From: a virus
Taxonomy: Duplodnaviria; Caudoviricetes
Reading direction: 5' to 3' (one strand)
Virus record (IMG/VR): IMGVR_UViG_3300017658_000002
Span: 1-43,798 of that record
DNA length: 43,798 nucleotides
This document shows positions 26,302 to 35,426 of the stretch, one piece after another. The notes beneath the pieces are model-generated. The model did no database searches. It was given only the letters and a program-made list of their open reading frames with translations, and was not told where the DNA came from. The translations under genes and the position numbers were made by a program. The first letter of the stretch is position 1, and the number at the start of each line of letters is the position of its first letter.

Positions 26302-29031
26302 TCAGCCTTCCAACTCGTCGCGCACATGCAAGCCTAGAAAGCCGCGCCCACGCAGCCCGTGCGAGTCCTGCGCCGACGCAAACCCACGCGACGACAGCCG
26401 GCGCCCCAGGCTCTTCGAACTTGGAATGAACCGCAACTCGCCCCGGTTGCGCGCAAAGTACTCCCAGCTATTCCACAGTTCCGAATTGCTAGCCACGTAA
26501 GACGGCCCCACCTCGCAGCACGTGTCGAGCCATTCGGCCAGCAAATCCATGTCCTGCCGATAATCATCGTGAGCGGCCCGCACCTTGGCCGGCGGGTTGA
26601 GCCCCTCGCGCTGGTAGGCCAGCGCCCCCTCGATGCACCACCGTAAGATGCCGGCCGCCTCGCGTTCCAGCTTCTCGGCGCGCTGGGGGTCTTTCTTGAC
26701 CTGCTTGTCTTTGTCGAAGTTGCGCGTGAACGGCACGGGCAGCAGGCGCCGCCAGATGGCATGATCGTCGCCCTTGACGATGGGCCGGTGGTTGGTCGGC
26801 ATGAACGCCACCCACGTAGGCACGACCTCGACCGTGACCTTGGACCACAGCCCGCGCGCCGGCATCGGATCGCCCCCGGTCATGGACTTGATCAGGCCCT
26901 CGCGCAACTCGCTGCCTTCGTCCGGCTCGCCCACATACACGAACCGCGCACCGCGCAGGCGCAGGATGTCTTCGCGCGCTGAGCCGGCGCTGGCGCCTGC
27001 CGCGCCCGAGGCCAGGAACGTATCGGCATTGGCCGCTCGGGCGTGGTCACCCAGCGCATGCCGGATCGCCCCCAGCACGGTGCTTTTGCCGTTGCTGCCT
27101 GAGCCGTAGGGTATGACCATGACGTCTTCCTTTGGCTGGCCCAGGATCGAATAGCCGACCACCCGCTGGAAGAACGCGACCATGTCATCGTCGCCGTGGA
27201 AGACGTCGCGCACCGTCTGTTCGAAGAGCGGCGCCTTGGCCGCCGGGCTGTATTCGATGGGCGTTATGGTGGTAATCCAGTGCTCGCGCGCCGGCGGCAC
27301 CAGGTCGCCCGTGGTCAGATCCACGGCGCCGTTGCCCACACCCAGCAGGTGCTGGTGCTTGTCCAGTTCGCCCACCGGCACCACGACGCGCGGGTCGCTC
27401 GAGGCCAGGGCCACCATGTTGCGCACCATCATCGCCCGCTGGCTCACGGCGCAGAACTTGAAGAACGCCACGCGCTCGTCGTCGTTCTCGATGGTCTTGG
27501 ATTCATCGGCCAGGGCCCGCACGGTTTCTTTGGCCAGGTGTTCGAGGTGCACTTGCGGCGCGCTGCGCCAGCAGGTGCCCTCCCACGTGTACCAGGCGCC
27601 CACCTCAGGCACGAACATCAGGCCCTCGCCGTATTGGTCGAGCATGCGCTCGGCGTTGCCAAACTCGGTCATCTGTCGCTTTGTGCGGTTCAGCACCGGC
27701 ACCTTGCGCCCGCCGGCCATGGCCGTACGCACGTCCGCCACCGGCAAGAGCGTGCCGGTCAGGTCTTTGAAGCGCAGCCGGATCAGACCGGCCAGTTCCG
27801 CACGCAGGGCCATGTCGTCGGCGAGCTCGCCTACCTTGGCGGCCACCTCGTTGATAAGCTCGATGGAATCGTTGCAGGCCGTGATCTTCGCCTTCGCTTC
27901 GTTCAGGGCGTCGCGCTTCTTGCCCAGGCGCTCGGCACGCTCGCGCTGGCGGCGCAGGCCAAAGCCCAGGTCTTCCTTGGCCGTGTCCATCTGGTCGCAC
28001 AGCCACAGCGCAGCCTCGAAGGCGCTGATAATAGTGAACTCGTCGTCGAGCATGCGCGGCGCCCACTCAAGCACCACATCGACCGGCGTGCGCTTGCCTT
28101 CGCGCTCATCACCCATGTCGGCCACACCGAAGTCGACAATGCCCTCGGGCACCAGCGACAGGTCTTCCTCCAGGTCTCGCATCAGATCCACTGACGCCAC
28201 GCGGTAGCCACCCTGATAATCGCGCGCCGCCGGGAACAGCACCGGCACCCAGGCGCCCAGCTGGGCCAGGGCCGCTTCGTTCACGCGCCCGAAGAAATCA
28301 TCTTCGGCCGGCGGCTCACGGTCGGGCCGCTCGATGGGGGTCAAACTGCCGGCGCCCTTGCTCTTGGGCTTGCGTTGCAGGCCCTGCTCCAGCGCCAGGC
28401 GTTCGAATTCGGCCACGGCGGCCAGCACCTGCTCTTCAGACACCTCGGGCAGTTCGGCGGCGCCGACGTGCTCGATGCCCCCGAAGAAATCTACCCATTC
28501 GTAGGGCTGGCCGGTGTCCGGGTGCACATGGTAGGCCACAAACTGCTGGCCCTTGCCCAGCACCTCAAGACGGTGCACCGGGTCGCGGTCGTGCAGCCGG
28601 CCGTCAGTGCCTTGCACTGCTGCGCCCGAAAAGTGCTTACCATTGGGCCCGACCGCCCAGTGTTCGGCAAACCAGGCGCCCGTGGCCTTGCCCCAGCCCT
28701 CAGCCGCGGCGCGGTATACCAGCAGGATCTTGGGGGCGTTGCCCACGCGCTCGCAGGTGGCGCCCAGGTTGTCCTGGCACCAGGCAACGAACCGGCCGGC
28801 AAGCTCTTCGTCGGACGTGTCCACGTCGATGGCCACCAGCGGCCGGGCGCCCTGCCCGCACAAGATGCCAACACCATGGGCCCCGTACCGCGCCAGGTCA
28901 GACGCCCCCAGGCGCGAGCTTTGCCAGTTGTCCAGGGCCGGGCGCTTATGCCCCGGCTTGATAGGGATGATTAAATAGCCGTTGGATAGCAGCGTACGGC
29001 CTTGCTGTTCGAAGTAACCCGCCATGGTCAA
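26302..29031 (-). CDS. Prim-Pol primase fused to D5/P4-type SF3 helicase
   Basis: IIPIKPGHKRP, AIDVD, GQQFVAYHVHP; TEFGNAER; Walker A GSGSNGKST; TNHRP, IWRRL. Confidence 0.9.
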   Translation of the reverse strand: MTMAGYFEQQGRTLLSNGYLIIPIKPGHKRPALDNWQSSRLGASDLARYGAHGVGILCGQGARPLVAIDVDTSDEELAGRFVAWCQDNLGATCERVGNAPKILLVYRAAAEGWGKATGAWFAEHWAVGPNGKHFSGAAVQGTDGRLHDRDPVHRLEVLGKGQQFVAYHVHPDTGQPYEWVDFFGGIEHVGAAELPEVSEEQVLAAVAEFERLALEQGLQRKPKSKGAGSLTPIERPDREPPAEDDFFGRVNEAALAQLGAWVPVLFPAARDYQGGYRVASVDLMRDLEEDLSLVPEGIVDFGVADMGDEREGKRTPVDVVLEWAPRMLDDEFTIISAFEAALWLCDQMDTAKEDLGFGLRRQRERAERLGKKRDALNEAKAKITACNDSIELINEVAAKVGELADDMALRAELAGLIRLRFKDLTGTLLPVADVRTAMAGGRKVPVLNRTKRQMTEFGNAERMLDQYGEGLMFVPEVGAWYTWEGTCWRSAPQVHLEHLAKETVRALADESKTIENDDERVAFFKFCAVSQRAMMVRNMVALASSDPRVVVPVGELDKHQHLLGVGNGAVDLTTGDLVPPAREHWITTITPIEYSPAAKAPLFEQTVRDVFHGDDDMVAFFQRVVGYSILGQPKEDVMVIPYGSGSNGKSTVLGAIRHALGDHARAANADTFLASGAAGASAGSAREDILRLRGARFVYVGEPDEGSELREGLIKSMTGGDPMPARGLWSKVTVEVVPTWVAFMPTNHRPIVKGDDHAIWRRLLPVPFTRNFDKDKQVKKDPQRAEKLEREAAGILRWCIEGALAYQREGLNPPAKVRAAHDDYRQDMDLLAEWLDTCCEVGPSYVASNSELWNSWEYFARNRGELRFIPSSKSLGRRLSSRGFASAQDSHGLRGRGFLGLHVRDELEG

Positions 29032-29249
29032 CGCCCGTCGGTCAGTTCAAGCAGCTTGGCCGCTGTCTCGCGTAGCTTCTCGACCACGCTGTAACGCGGG
29101 TCTTTGTGCTGACCGCTTAGAATACGGCTGATGGTCGCCTGGGTAACGTCCACCGACGCGGCCAGCTGTTCCTGCGACCACCCCTCACGCAAGATGGTCC
29201 GTACTAGTTCATCGGGCTTCTTGGTGTAGAGTTCAAGGATCTGGTTCAT
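29028..29249 (-). CDS. Cro-like XRE HTH regulator
   Basis: WSQEQLAASVDVTQATISRI; divergent from the repressor. Confidence 0.8.
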   Translation of the reverse strand: MNQILELYTKKPDELVRTILREGWSQEQLAASVDVTQATISRILSGQHKDPRYSVVEKLRETAAKLLELTDGR

Positions 29250-29250
29250 G

Positions 29251-29344
29251 ATGCGCTCTCGTATTGACCAGCCCTTATTCTATACGAAAACGTATTCTGT
29301 AATTAATCGTATGGCCTATTGCGCTAATTTATGCGCTGACGTAT
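29251..29344. promoter_or_regulatory. Immunity-region operators ATRCG-N4-CGTAT x3 (29251-29264, 29282-29295, 29331-29344)
   Basis: ATGCGctctCGTAT, ATACGaaaaCGTAT, ATGCGctgaCGTAT. Confidence 0.75.
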
Positions 29345-29347
29345 ATT
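29319..29347 (+). promoter_or_regulatory. Repressor promoter TTGCGC-N17-TATATT, probably leaderless
   Basis: Sigma70-like spacing; GTG 29356 lies 8 nt after the -10 with no SD. Confidence 0.55.
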
Positions 29348-29355
29348 CCCCCTCT

Positions 29356-30141
29356 GTGACTAAACTTCGACACGTCCTCCAGCACCTGATAGAAGAACGC
29401 GACACGAACCCCACGGCGCTCGCGGCGGCGACGGGCGTGCCTCAACCGACCATCCACCGCATATTGTCAGGCGAAAGCAAAGACCCGCGCACGGCTACGC
29501 TGCAACCGCTTGCCGACTTCTTCGACGTATCGGTCGAGTTCCTGCGCACCGGGGGCACCCTGGCAGAGAAGCGAGGTCCCATCGGTGTCACGGGCGTAGT
29601 TTCCTCTAGGCTGGACCAGGTGGCGGAAGCCCCCGCACCGTATGAAATCCGGCCGCTGCGTGCCGCCCCCTCGCGGACAATGGTTCTGCAGGAGTTTCGC
29701 GACCATCTATCCCCCGAGCTACACGAAAACATCGAGAACAGAGTCAATCTGCAAGACCATCGGTATATGCTGGATTACGGCTCAGACAAGGTCGCGGCAG
29801 AACTGAAGCACCTAGTCGTCGACCATCTACCGAACGGGCGCCTCGTTGTACGCTGGCAAACTGCCCGCCCGGCGCTCTGGCGCTTGTCATCGGTGCGCCT
29901 GCTCACTAAAGATACGCTGCCCAACCGGCAGTACATACTCTTCCTGATCATGGTCGGGCCGCCCGAAACCGCGCTGCCGGTACCGAACCTGGCGCAGCTA
30001 CAAAACGAGGCCCGGCTGCACGGCATTAATGTTGTCCTGGCCGATGCCAGGTCAGCTGCCCAGTGCATAGAAGGCGTCGAAGCCGGCTTTATCGACTTCG
30101 CTGATAACTTCGACAGCGACGACTACGACGAAGATTACTAA
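29356..30141 (+). CDS. CI-like repressor (XRE HTH plus atypical C-terminal domain)
   Basis: TALAAATGVPQPTIHRILSG..DPR..TLQPLADFFDVSVEFL; start re-called to GTG 29356. Confidence 0.75.
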   Translation: MTKLRHVLQHLIEERDTNPTALAAATGVPQPTIHRILSGESKDPRTATLQPLADFFDVSVEFLRTGGTLAEKRGPIGVTGVVSSRLDQVAEAPAPYEIRPLRAAPSRTMVLQEFRDHLSPELHENIENRVNLQDHRYMLDYGSDKVAAELKHLVVDHLPNGRLVVRWQTARPALWRLSSVRLLTKDTLPNRQYILFLIMVGPPETALPVPNLAQLQNEARLHGINVVLADARSAAQCIEGVEAGFIDFADNFDSDDYDEDY

Positions 30142-30161
30142 AAGCGCCCCGCCCACGTTTC

Positions 30162-30185
30162 AGCCCCGCACGCCGGGGCTTTTTT
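30162..30185 (+). terminator. Rho-independent terminator after the repressor
   Basis: AGCCCCG-CACGC-CGGGGCT-TTTTT. Confidence 0.85.
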
Positions 30186-30197
30186 ACAACTAAATCC

Positions 30198-30251
30198 ATA
30201 CGTTTGCGTATTGACTTACCCAATACGACTCCGCATAATACGTCTACGTAT
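30198..30251 (+). promoter_or_regulatory. Early promoter TTGACT-N17-CATAAT (30211-30239) overlapped by three operators
   Basis: ATACGtttgCGTAT 30198, ATACGactcCGCAT 30223, ATACGtctaCGTAT 30238. Confidence 0.85.
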
Positions 30252-30270
30252 TTCAACCGGAGCCGTGAAA

Positions 30271-30399
30271 ATGTCCGCAATTCCTATCGTTCCAGGCCTG
30301 ATGTACCAGGTCAAAAGCCAGGGCCAGACGCGCATCATCTTCGCCCGCAACCCGGTGGATGCCCTGTGCATCGCCCTTGGCCTGCAGGTGTCGGCATGA
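30271..30399 (+). CDS. Small early protein (42 aa)
   Basis: GGAG SD; first ORF after the early promoter; ATGA overlap with the next gene. Confidence 0.6.
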   Translation: MSAIPIVPGLMYQVKSQGQTRIIFARNPVDALCIALGLQVSA

Positions 30400-30836
30400 A
30401 CCTGCGCACCTTGTCCGACAGCGAATTCCTTCGCTACGCCGACACCCAGATCGACGACTTGACCAGCAGCGACATCGAGCGCGAAGCATTGCGCCGCCTG
30501 GAAGCCGCCGAGCAACGCATGCAGAACGCCGAGGGCTTCCCGGCCTTGGCCGACGAATACAGCCTCACGGCCGACGAAGTTCGCTCGATGGTCGAAGCCC
30601 ACCCCGGTACCCACGAAGAAATTGTCGGGTTGCTGGCCGCGCTGGCCGACAAAGGCATCGAAAGCCCTAAAGCGCTGACCGCCTTCCTGCAACACCTGGA
30701 CAAGGCCGGCATCACCGAGCCCGACGAGCTCAAGGCCGAGCTCGAGCTGGCCACGAAATTCAAGTCCCTGGCGAACGATGCCGGCGACCTCTTCAACCGC
30801 CTTCACACCCTTACCGAAGCCACCCAGGAGGATTAA
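30396..30836 (+). CDS. Hypothetical early protein
   Basis: MNLRTLSDSEFLRYA...; ATGA-coupled start. Confidence 0.7.
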   Translation: MNLRTLSDSEFLRYADTQIDDLTSSDIEREALRRLEAAEQRMQNAEGFPALADEYSLTADEVRSMVEAHPGTHEEIVGLLAALADKGIESPKALTAFLQHLDKAGITEPDELKAELELATKFKSLANDAGDLFNRLHTLTEATQED

Positions 30837-30839
30837 TCC

Positions 30840-31319
30840 ATGTTCCCCGTCACCATCACGCTGCACAACCCCGCCCAGCTGAACGCCGTCCTGGCTGCCA
30901 TGGGTACCGATGCCCCCGCGCCGGCAGTCACGGCCGCCGAGGTGCGCCAGCACGCCGAAGCGAATCAGACCACCATGAAGGACGCCAAGGCCACCGTGCA
31001 GAAGGAAAAGGCCGAAGCAAAAAAGCCCGAGGCCAAGGCACAGCCCGCCAAAGACGCGGCCCAATCATCGGCGCCGACCCAGACTGCTGCCGACAACTCG
31101 ACGAGTTCCTCAAGCGGCACCGACGCGAGTGAAACCCCCGAAGCCACCTACGAGGACGCCAAGACGGCCGTACTGACCCTGTCCAAAGAGAAAGGCCGCG
31201 ATGCCGCCAAGGGCGCACTGCAGCGCTTCGGCGTCGAGAAGCTGCCCGACCTCGCGCCCGAACACTTCGGCGCGCTGGTCGCCTTGGTCGACGAAGTGCT
31301 CGCTGGCGCGGAGGTCTGA
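30840..31319 (+). CDS. Hypothetical replication-module protein with Ala/Lys linker
   Basis: AGGAGG SD; C-terminal GRDAA..ALQRFG...LPDL.PEHF motif, typical upstream of DUF2800. Confidence 0.7.
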   Translation: MFPVTITLHNPAQLNAVLAAMGTDAPAPAVTAAEVRQHAEANQTTMKDAKATVQKEKAEAKKPEAKAQPAKDAAQSSAPTQTAADNSTSSSSGTDASETPEATYEDAKTAVLTLSKEKGRDAAKGALQRFGVEKLPDLAPEHFGALVALVDEVLAGAEV

Positions 31320-31321
31320 CC

Positions 31322-32236
31322 ATGCAGACCAGAAAATACGAGTTCGTTGAAGACGACGTCAAAATCATCGCCCCGGGCTTGGTAGCCCGACGCATTCGGG
31401 CCTTGGTTGCTATCGCAGCCACGACATGGGCGCCCGCTGTCACCCCGGGCGACCTGGGCGGCTATGTCCAGGCGATCGATAACCTCAACGCGCAGGTGTA
31501 CGGCAACGCGTGGGTGTACGGCGACGCGCTGGTGTACGGCAACGCGCGGGTGTCCGGCAACGCGCGGGTGTCCGGCAACGCGCAGGTGTACGGCGACGCG
31601 CTGGTGTACGGCAACGCGTGGGTGTACGGCGACGCGCTGGTGTACGGCAACGCGCGGGTGTCCGGCAACGCGCGGGTGTCCGGCAACGCGCGGGTGTCCG
31701 GCAACGCGCAGGTGTACGGCAACGCGTGGGTGTACGGCGACGCGCTGGTGTACGGCAACGCGCAGGTGTACGGCAACGCGCAGGTGTACGGCGACGCGCT
31801 GGTGTACGGCAACGCGTGGGTGTACGGCGACGCGCGGGTGTCCGGCAACGCGCAGGTGTACGGCGACGCGCTGGTGTACGGCAACGCGTGGGTGTACGGC
31901 GACGCGCTGGTGTACGGCAACGCGCAGGTGTACGGCAACGCGTGGGTGTACGGCGACGCGCTGGTGTACGGCGACGCGCGGGTGTACGGCGATGGTCTGA
32001 TCTTCTGGGCCTCCAAAGTCGGCACAGAAAATGGCACGCTAACCGTCTACAACGGCAAGGACAATACGCTGCTTGTCACGCGCGGTTGCTTCTCGGGCAC
32101 CGTCGAGCAGTTCCTGGCTGCCAGCGCAGCCAAGCACGACGAACGCACCAGGCGCGAGTACCAGCTGCTGATCGAAGTGGCCACGTCGCGTATTGAAGCC
32201 GCCCGTGCTGCCCTGCAGGCGAAGGAGGCGGCATGA
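31322..32236 (+). CDS. Hexapeptide-repeat (predicted left-handed beta-helix) protein
   Basis: RIRAL...GDLGGY N-domain, 28 [N/D]A[QWLR]V[YS]G repeats, [10 protein letters not shown]-domain. Confidence 0.85.
   Translation: MQTRKYEFVEDDVKIIAPGLVARRIRALVAIAATTWAPAVTPGDLGGYVQAIDNLNAQVYGNAWVYGDALVYGNARVSGNARVSGNAQVYGDALVYGNAWVYGDALVYGNARVSGNARVSGNARVSGNAQVYGNAWVYGDALVYGNAQVYGNAQVYGDALVYGNAWVYGDARVSGNAQVYGDALVYGNAWVYGDALVYGNAQVYGNAWVYGDALVYGDARVYGDGLIFWASKVGTENGTLTVYNGKDNTLLVTRGCFSGTVEQFLAASAAKHDERTRREYQLLIEVATSRIEAARAALQAKEAA
31487..31990 (+). repeat. 28 x 18-bp tandem array RACGCGYNGGTGTMCGGC
   Basis: Counted unit by unit; 504 bp. Confidence 0.95.
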
Positions 32237-33549
32237 GCCAGCACGCACGCCTATCCCCCTCGGGCGCCCACCGCTGGGCGCGCTGTCCCGGCAGCTTGGC
32301 GATGGAAGCCCAATACCCCGACGAATCCAGCCAGTTCGCCGACGAGGGCACCGCCGCGCACTTTCTTGCATCCGAAAGCCTCACGCAAGGCGTCGAGGCC
32401 GCAAGCCACATCGGCAAGCGGATCATCGTGCCCCAGTGGACAGGCATTGCCGAATGGGAAGAAACCAATCCCGCGAGCGATCCGCTGCCCCTGGACGCAG
32501 TACCTGACATCCGCGCCTTCGAGGTCGACGATGAAATGGCCGCCTACGTGCAGACCTACATAGATGCCGTGCTGGCCGCCGCGCAGGGCCACGAACTGCT
32601 GGTCGAGCAGCGCGTCGAGTTCTCCGAATACGTCGGCTACCCCGACCAGTTCGGCACCAGCGACGCGGTCATCCTGGCCGACGACGAACTACAGGTGCAT
32701 GACCTGAAGTACGGCAAGGGCGTAGTCGTATCGGCCGAGAACAACGAGCAGCTGCGCCTGTACGCCCTGGGCGCGCTAAACGAGTTCGGCATGCTTGGTG
32801 GCTTCGAGAAGGTGCGCATGGTCATCCACATGCCGCGCCTGGACTACGTGTCCGAAGAAGTCATCACGGTCGAGGAGCTGCTGACCTTCGCCGACTCGAT
32901 CAAATGGCGCGCCGAACTCGCCATGGCATGTCTCAACCTTGGTGTGGACGAAGCCGAAGACCTGGTACCCGGCGAAAAGCAGTGCCGCTTCTGCAAGCAC
33001 AAGGCCAACTGCACCGCGCTGGCCCAGCACAACCTGAACACGGTGGCCGACGACTTCGTCGACATGACGCGCGACCTGGCCCCGCAACTGGGCGGTGCCG
33101 TCGAGCGCATCACTACGGCCGACAACCAGCACGTCGCCAGCCTGATGCCCTTCCTGGACATGATCGAGTCGTGGTGCAAGGCGGTGCGGGCCCGCGTCGA
33201 ATCCGAACTGCTGGCCGGCCACGAGGTGCCCGGCTACAAGCTGGTCGAAGGTCGACGCGGCAACCGCCAGTGGTCGAACGACGACGAAGCCGAAACTACG
33301 CTCAAGGCCATGCGCCTGAAGCTCGAGCAGATGTACGACTTCAAGCTCATCAGCCCCACCACCGCCGAGAAGCTGCACAAGGCCGGCACCATCGGCCCGC
33401 GCCAGTGGCCCAAGCTGCAATCGATCATCACGCAGTCTGAAGGCAAGCCCTCCGTCGCCCCCGAATCCGACAAGCGCCCGGCCCTAGTCATCCAGGCCAG
33501 CGCCGACGAGTTCGAGGACGTGTCTGAAACAGCGGACGACCTCGTATGA
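32233..33549 (+). CDS. DUF2800 PD-(D/E)xK (Cas4-like) exonuclease
   Basis: [48 protein letters not shown]. Confidence 0.9.
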   Translation: MSQHARLSPSGAHRWARCPGSLAMEAQYPDESSQFADEGTAAHFLASESLTQGVEAASHIGKRIIVPQWTGIAEWEETNPASDPLPLDAVPDIRAFEVDDEMAAYVQTYIDAVLAAAQGHELLVEQRVEFSEYVGYPDQFGTSDAVILADDELQVHDLKYGKGVVVSAENNEQLRLYALGALNEFGMLGGFEKVRMVIHMPRLDYVSEEVITVEELLTFADSIKWRAELAMACLNLGVDEAEDLVPGEKQCRFCKHKANCTALAQHNLNTVADDFVDMTRDLAPQLGGAVERITTADNQHVASLMPFLDMIESWCKAVRARVESELLAGHEVPGYKLVEGRRGNRQWSNDDEAETTLKAMRLKLEQMYDFKLISPTTAEKLHKAGTIGPRQWPKLQSIITQSEGKPSVAPESDKRPALVIQASADEFEDVSETADDLV

Positions 33550-33731
33550 GCAGCCCGCACCAACCCTTCGTTTCAACGCTGCTGCCACCCCAAGTCCGCC
33601 AGGAACTGGTCAAGGCCGCAGCCGTTGACAACGTCCGTACCGACCCCCTGCGCCGGCAAAAGGCCATTGAACGAGCCACCCAGCGCGCCAAGTTTCTTTG
33701 CCCCCACCTTTTTAAGCACCCGGAGATTTAA
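33546..33731 (+). CDS. Hypothetical protein (61 aa)
   Basis: ATGA-coupled ORF filling the gap to the SSB gene. Confidence 0.6.
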   Translation: MSSPHQPFVSTLLPPQVRQELVKAAAVDNVRTDPLRRQKAIERATQRAKFLCPHLFKHPEI

Positions 33732-33733
33732 CT

Positions 33734-34285
33734 ATGAAAATCGCCCTCAAGAACGTTCGCGCCGCCTTCCTGAACGCGCTGTTCGAACCCAAGACCGTCA
33801 ACGGCGAAGGCAAGCCCGCATTCTCGGCTACCTTCCTGCTGGACCCCGCCGACCCCCAAGTCAAGACCATCGAAGCCGCTATCGAGGCGGTCGCGAAGGA
33901 AAAGTGGGGCGCCAAGGCCGAAGCCATCCTGAAGCAGATGCGCGCCCAGGACAAGCTGTGCCTGCACGACGGCGACCTCAAAGCCAACTACGACGGCTTT
34001 CCCGGCATGTTGTACGTCTCCAGCCGCAGCAACACCCGGCCCCTGGTGATCGACGCCGACAAGAGCCCGCTCACCGAGTCCGACGGCCGCCCGTACTCGG
34101 GCTGCTATGTCAACGCCAGCCTGGAACTTTGGGCGCAGGACAACAACTACGGCAAGCGCGTGAACGCCCAGCTGCGTGGCGTGCAGTTTTTCAAGGACGG
34201 CGACGCATTCGCCGGCGGCGGTGCAGCCGATGCCGACGAGTTCGACGACGTCACCGAAGGCGCCACCGCCGACGACCTGGTGTAA
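33734..34285 (+). CDS. DUF2815 ssDNA-binding protein (gp2.5-like)
   Basis: CLHDGD, YSGCYVN, GVQFFKDGD.F.GG, acidic tail. Confidence 0.9.
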   Translation: MKIALKNVRAAFLNALFEPKTVNGEGKPAFSATFLLDPADPQVKTIEAAIEAVAKEKWGAKAEAILKQMRAQDKLCLHDGDLKANYDGFPGMLYVSSRSNTRPLVIDADKSPLTESDGRPYSGCYVNASLELWAQDNNYGKRVNAQLRGVQFFKDGDAFAGGGAADADEFDDVTEGATADDLV

Positions 34286-34288
34286 CTC

Positions 34289-34375
34289 ATGGCCCGCATC
34301 GACCTCATCGCCTCGATTCTCATCAGCACCGCCTTTGCCCTGGGCGTCGCGGCGCTGCGGGCCCATTTCGGTTGA
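34289..34375 (+). CDS. Putative 28-aa single-TM microprotein
   Basis: MARIDLIASILISTAFALGVAALRAHFG; starts 3 nt after the SSB stop. Confidence 0.45.
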   Translation: MARIDLIASILISTAFALGVAALRAHFG

Positions 34376-34382
34376 CGCAAAT

Positions 34383-34506
34383 CCCTGGGCCCCGCGCCCA
34401 GGGCTTTCACACAAGGCGCCTTGACCGGGTTGCACGCCGGTACGGTGCAGCGGTAGGCGGTACTGCGATTAATGCAGCGCGCCGAGAAGGCGTCTTCTGC
34501 GAAAGC
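34383..34506 (+). ncRNA. Structured RNA element upstream of rdgC
   Basis: Hairpin 34383-34403 plus a 20-bp imperfect stem 34403-34422/34487-34506 enclosing inner hairpins. Confidence 0.45.
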
Positions 34507-34526
34507 ACCCACCAAAGGAGAAAACC

Positions 34527-35426
34527 ATGTGGTTCAAGAATCTGAAAATTTACCGCCTTCAACCCCACGCGCTGAACGACGCCGAGGCGCTTGCTCAGGC
34601 CTTGAGCAATTACCAGTTCAAGCCGTGCGGAAGCCTAGAAATGCAAAGCTTGGGCTGGGTCGCGCCCCGTGCAGACAGCGGCTTGGTGTACGCCCTGGAC
34701 GGTCAGTACTTGCTGAAACTGCGCACCGAAAAGAAGCTACTGCCCGCCAGCGTGATCAACGCGACCGCCCGCGAGCGCGCTCTACAGATCGAAGAACAAC
34801 AGGGCTTTAAGCCCGGTCGGCGCCAGATGAAGGAAATCAAGGAGCAGGTTACCGACGACCTGTTGCCCAAAGCCTTTAATGTCGCTCGCGATACCTCTGT
34901 TTGGATCGACACCCGTAACCACTGGTTGATCATCGATGCGACAGCGCCAGCCCGGTGCGACGAAGTGCTGGGCCTGCTGGCAAAAGCCATTGACCCATTT
35001 CCAGTGTTTCACCTGTACGTCGAGCAGTCGCCCGCAGCGGCCATGACCAATTGGTTGATTGACGACGAGCCGCCCGCCAATTTCAGCATCGACCAAGACA
35101 GCGAGCTTAGTTCGACCAGCGAGAACCGCGCCAAGGTCAGGTACGTGCGCCAGAGCATTGAAATTGAAGACGTGCGCAAACACGTACAGGCTGGCAAGCA
35201 GGCCACGCGCCTTGCCTTAACCTGGGCCGACCGGGTTTCTTTCGTTCTGACCGACGGCTTGGACGTTCGGCGGGTGGCGCCGCTTGACGTGCTGCGCGAG
35301 AACCAAGACAACACTGCTCAAAACGACGCCGACCAGTTCGATTCAGATTTCACCCTGATGGCCGGCGAACTGTCACGTCTGTTGGCCTGCCTGGTCGAAG
35401 CCCTCGGCGGGGAAAAGCAGGCATGA
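34527..35426 (+). CDS. rdgC: Recombination-associated protein RdgC
   Basis: MWFKNLKIYRL, SLGWVAP, EKKLLPASVI, LLPKAF, LALTWADRVSFVL, FDSDFTLM. Confidence 0.95.
   Translation: MWFKNLKIYRLQPHALNDAEALAQALSNYQFKPCGSLEMQSLGWVAPRADSGLVYALDGQYLLKLRTEKKLLPASVINATARERALQIEEQQGFKPGRRQMKEIKEQVTDDLLPKAFNVARDTSVWIDTRNHWLIIDATAPARCDEVLGLLAKAIDPFPVFHLYVEQSPAAAMTNWLIDDEPPANFSIDQDSELSSTSENRAKVRYVRQSIEIEDVRKHVQAGKQATRLALTWADRVSFVLTDGLDVRRVAPLDVLRENQDNTAQNDADQFDSDFTLMAGELSRLLACLVEALGGEKQA

Noticed and set aside
25680-26327. 215-aa minus-strand ORF spanning the origin
   Set aside because: Runs through AT-rich repeats and antisense to the more plausible 25896-26297 gene; no recognisable features.
31487-31990. 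CRISPR array or DGR template/variable repeat
   Set aside because: No unique spacers, the array is in-frame coding, no reverse transcriptase is present, and there is no adenine-specific TR/VR pair.
31407-32196. Alternative-frame repeat proteins (CTATR, GVRQRA, PYT repeats)
   Set aside because: By-products of a stop-free 18-bp repeat; only the 31322 frame has an SD and flanking family domains.
32545-32553. TACGTGCAG as a seventh late-promoter motif (similar near-matches at 16233 and 35142)
   Set aside because: Mismatched, inside genes and antisense to them; the 32545 copy lacks a properly spaced -10 hexamer.
32233-33549. Cas4 implying a CRISPR system
   Set aside because: It is the common phage DUF2800 nuclease in a DUF2800-DUF2815-PolA module; no other cas genes.
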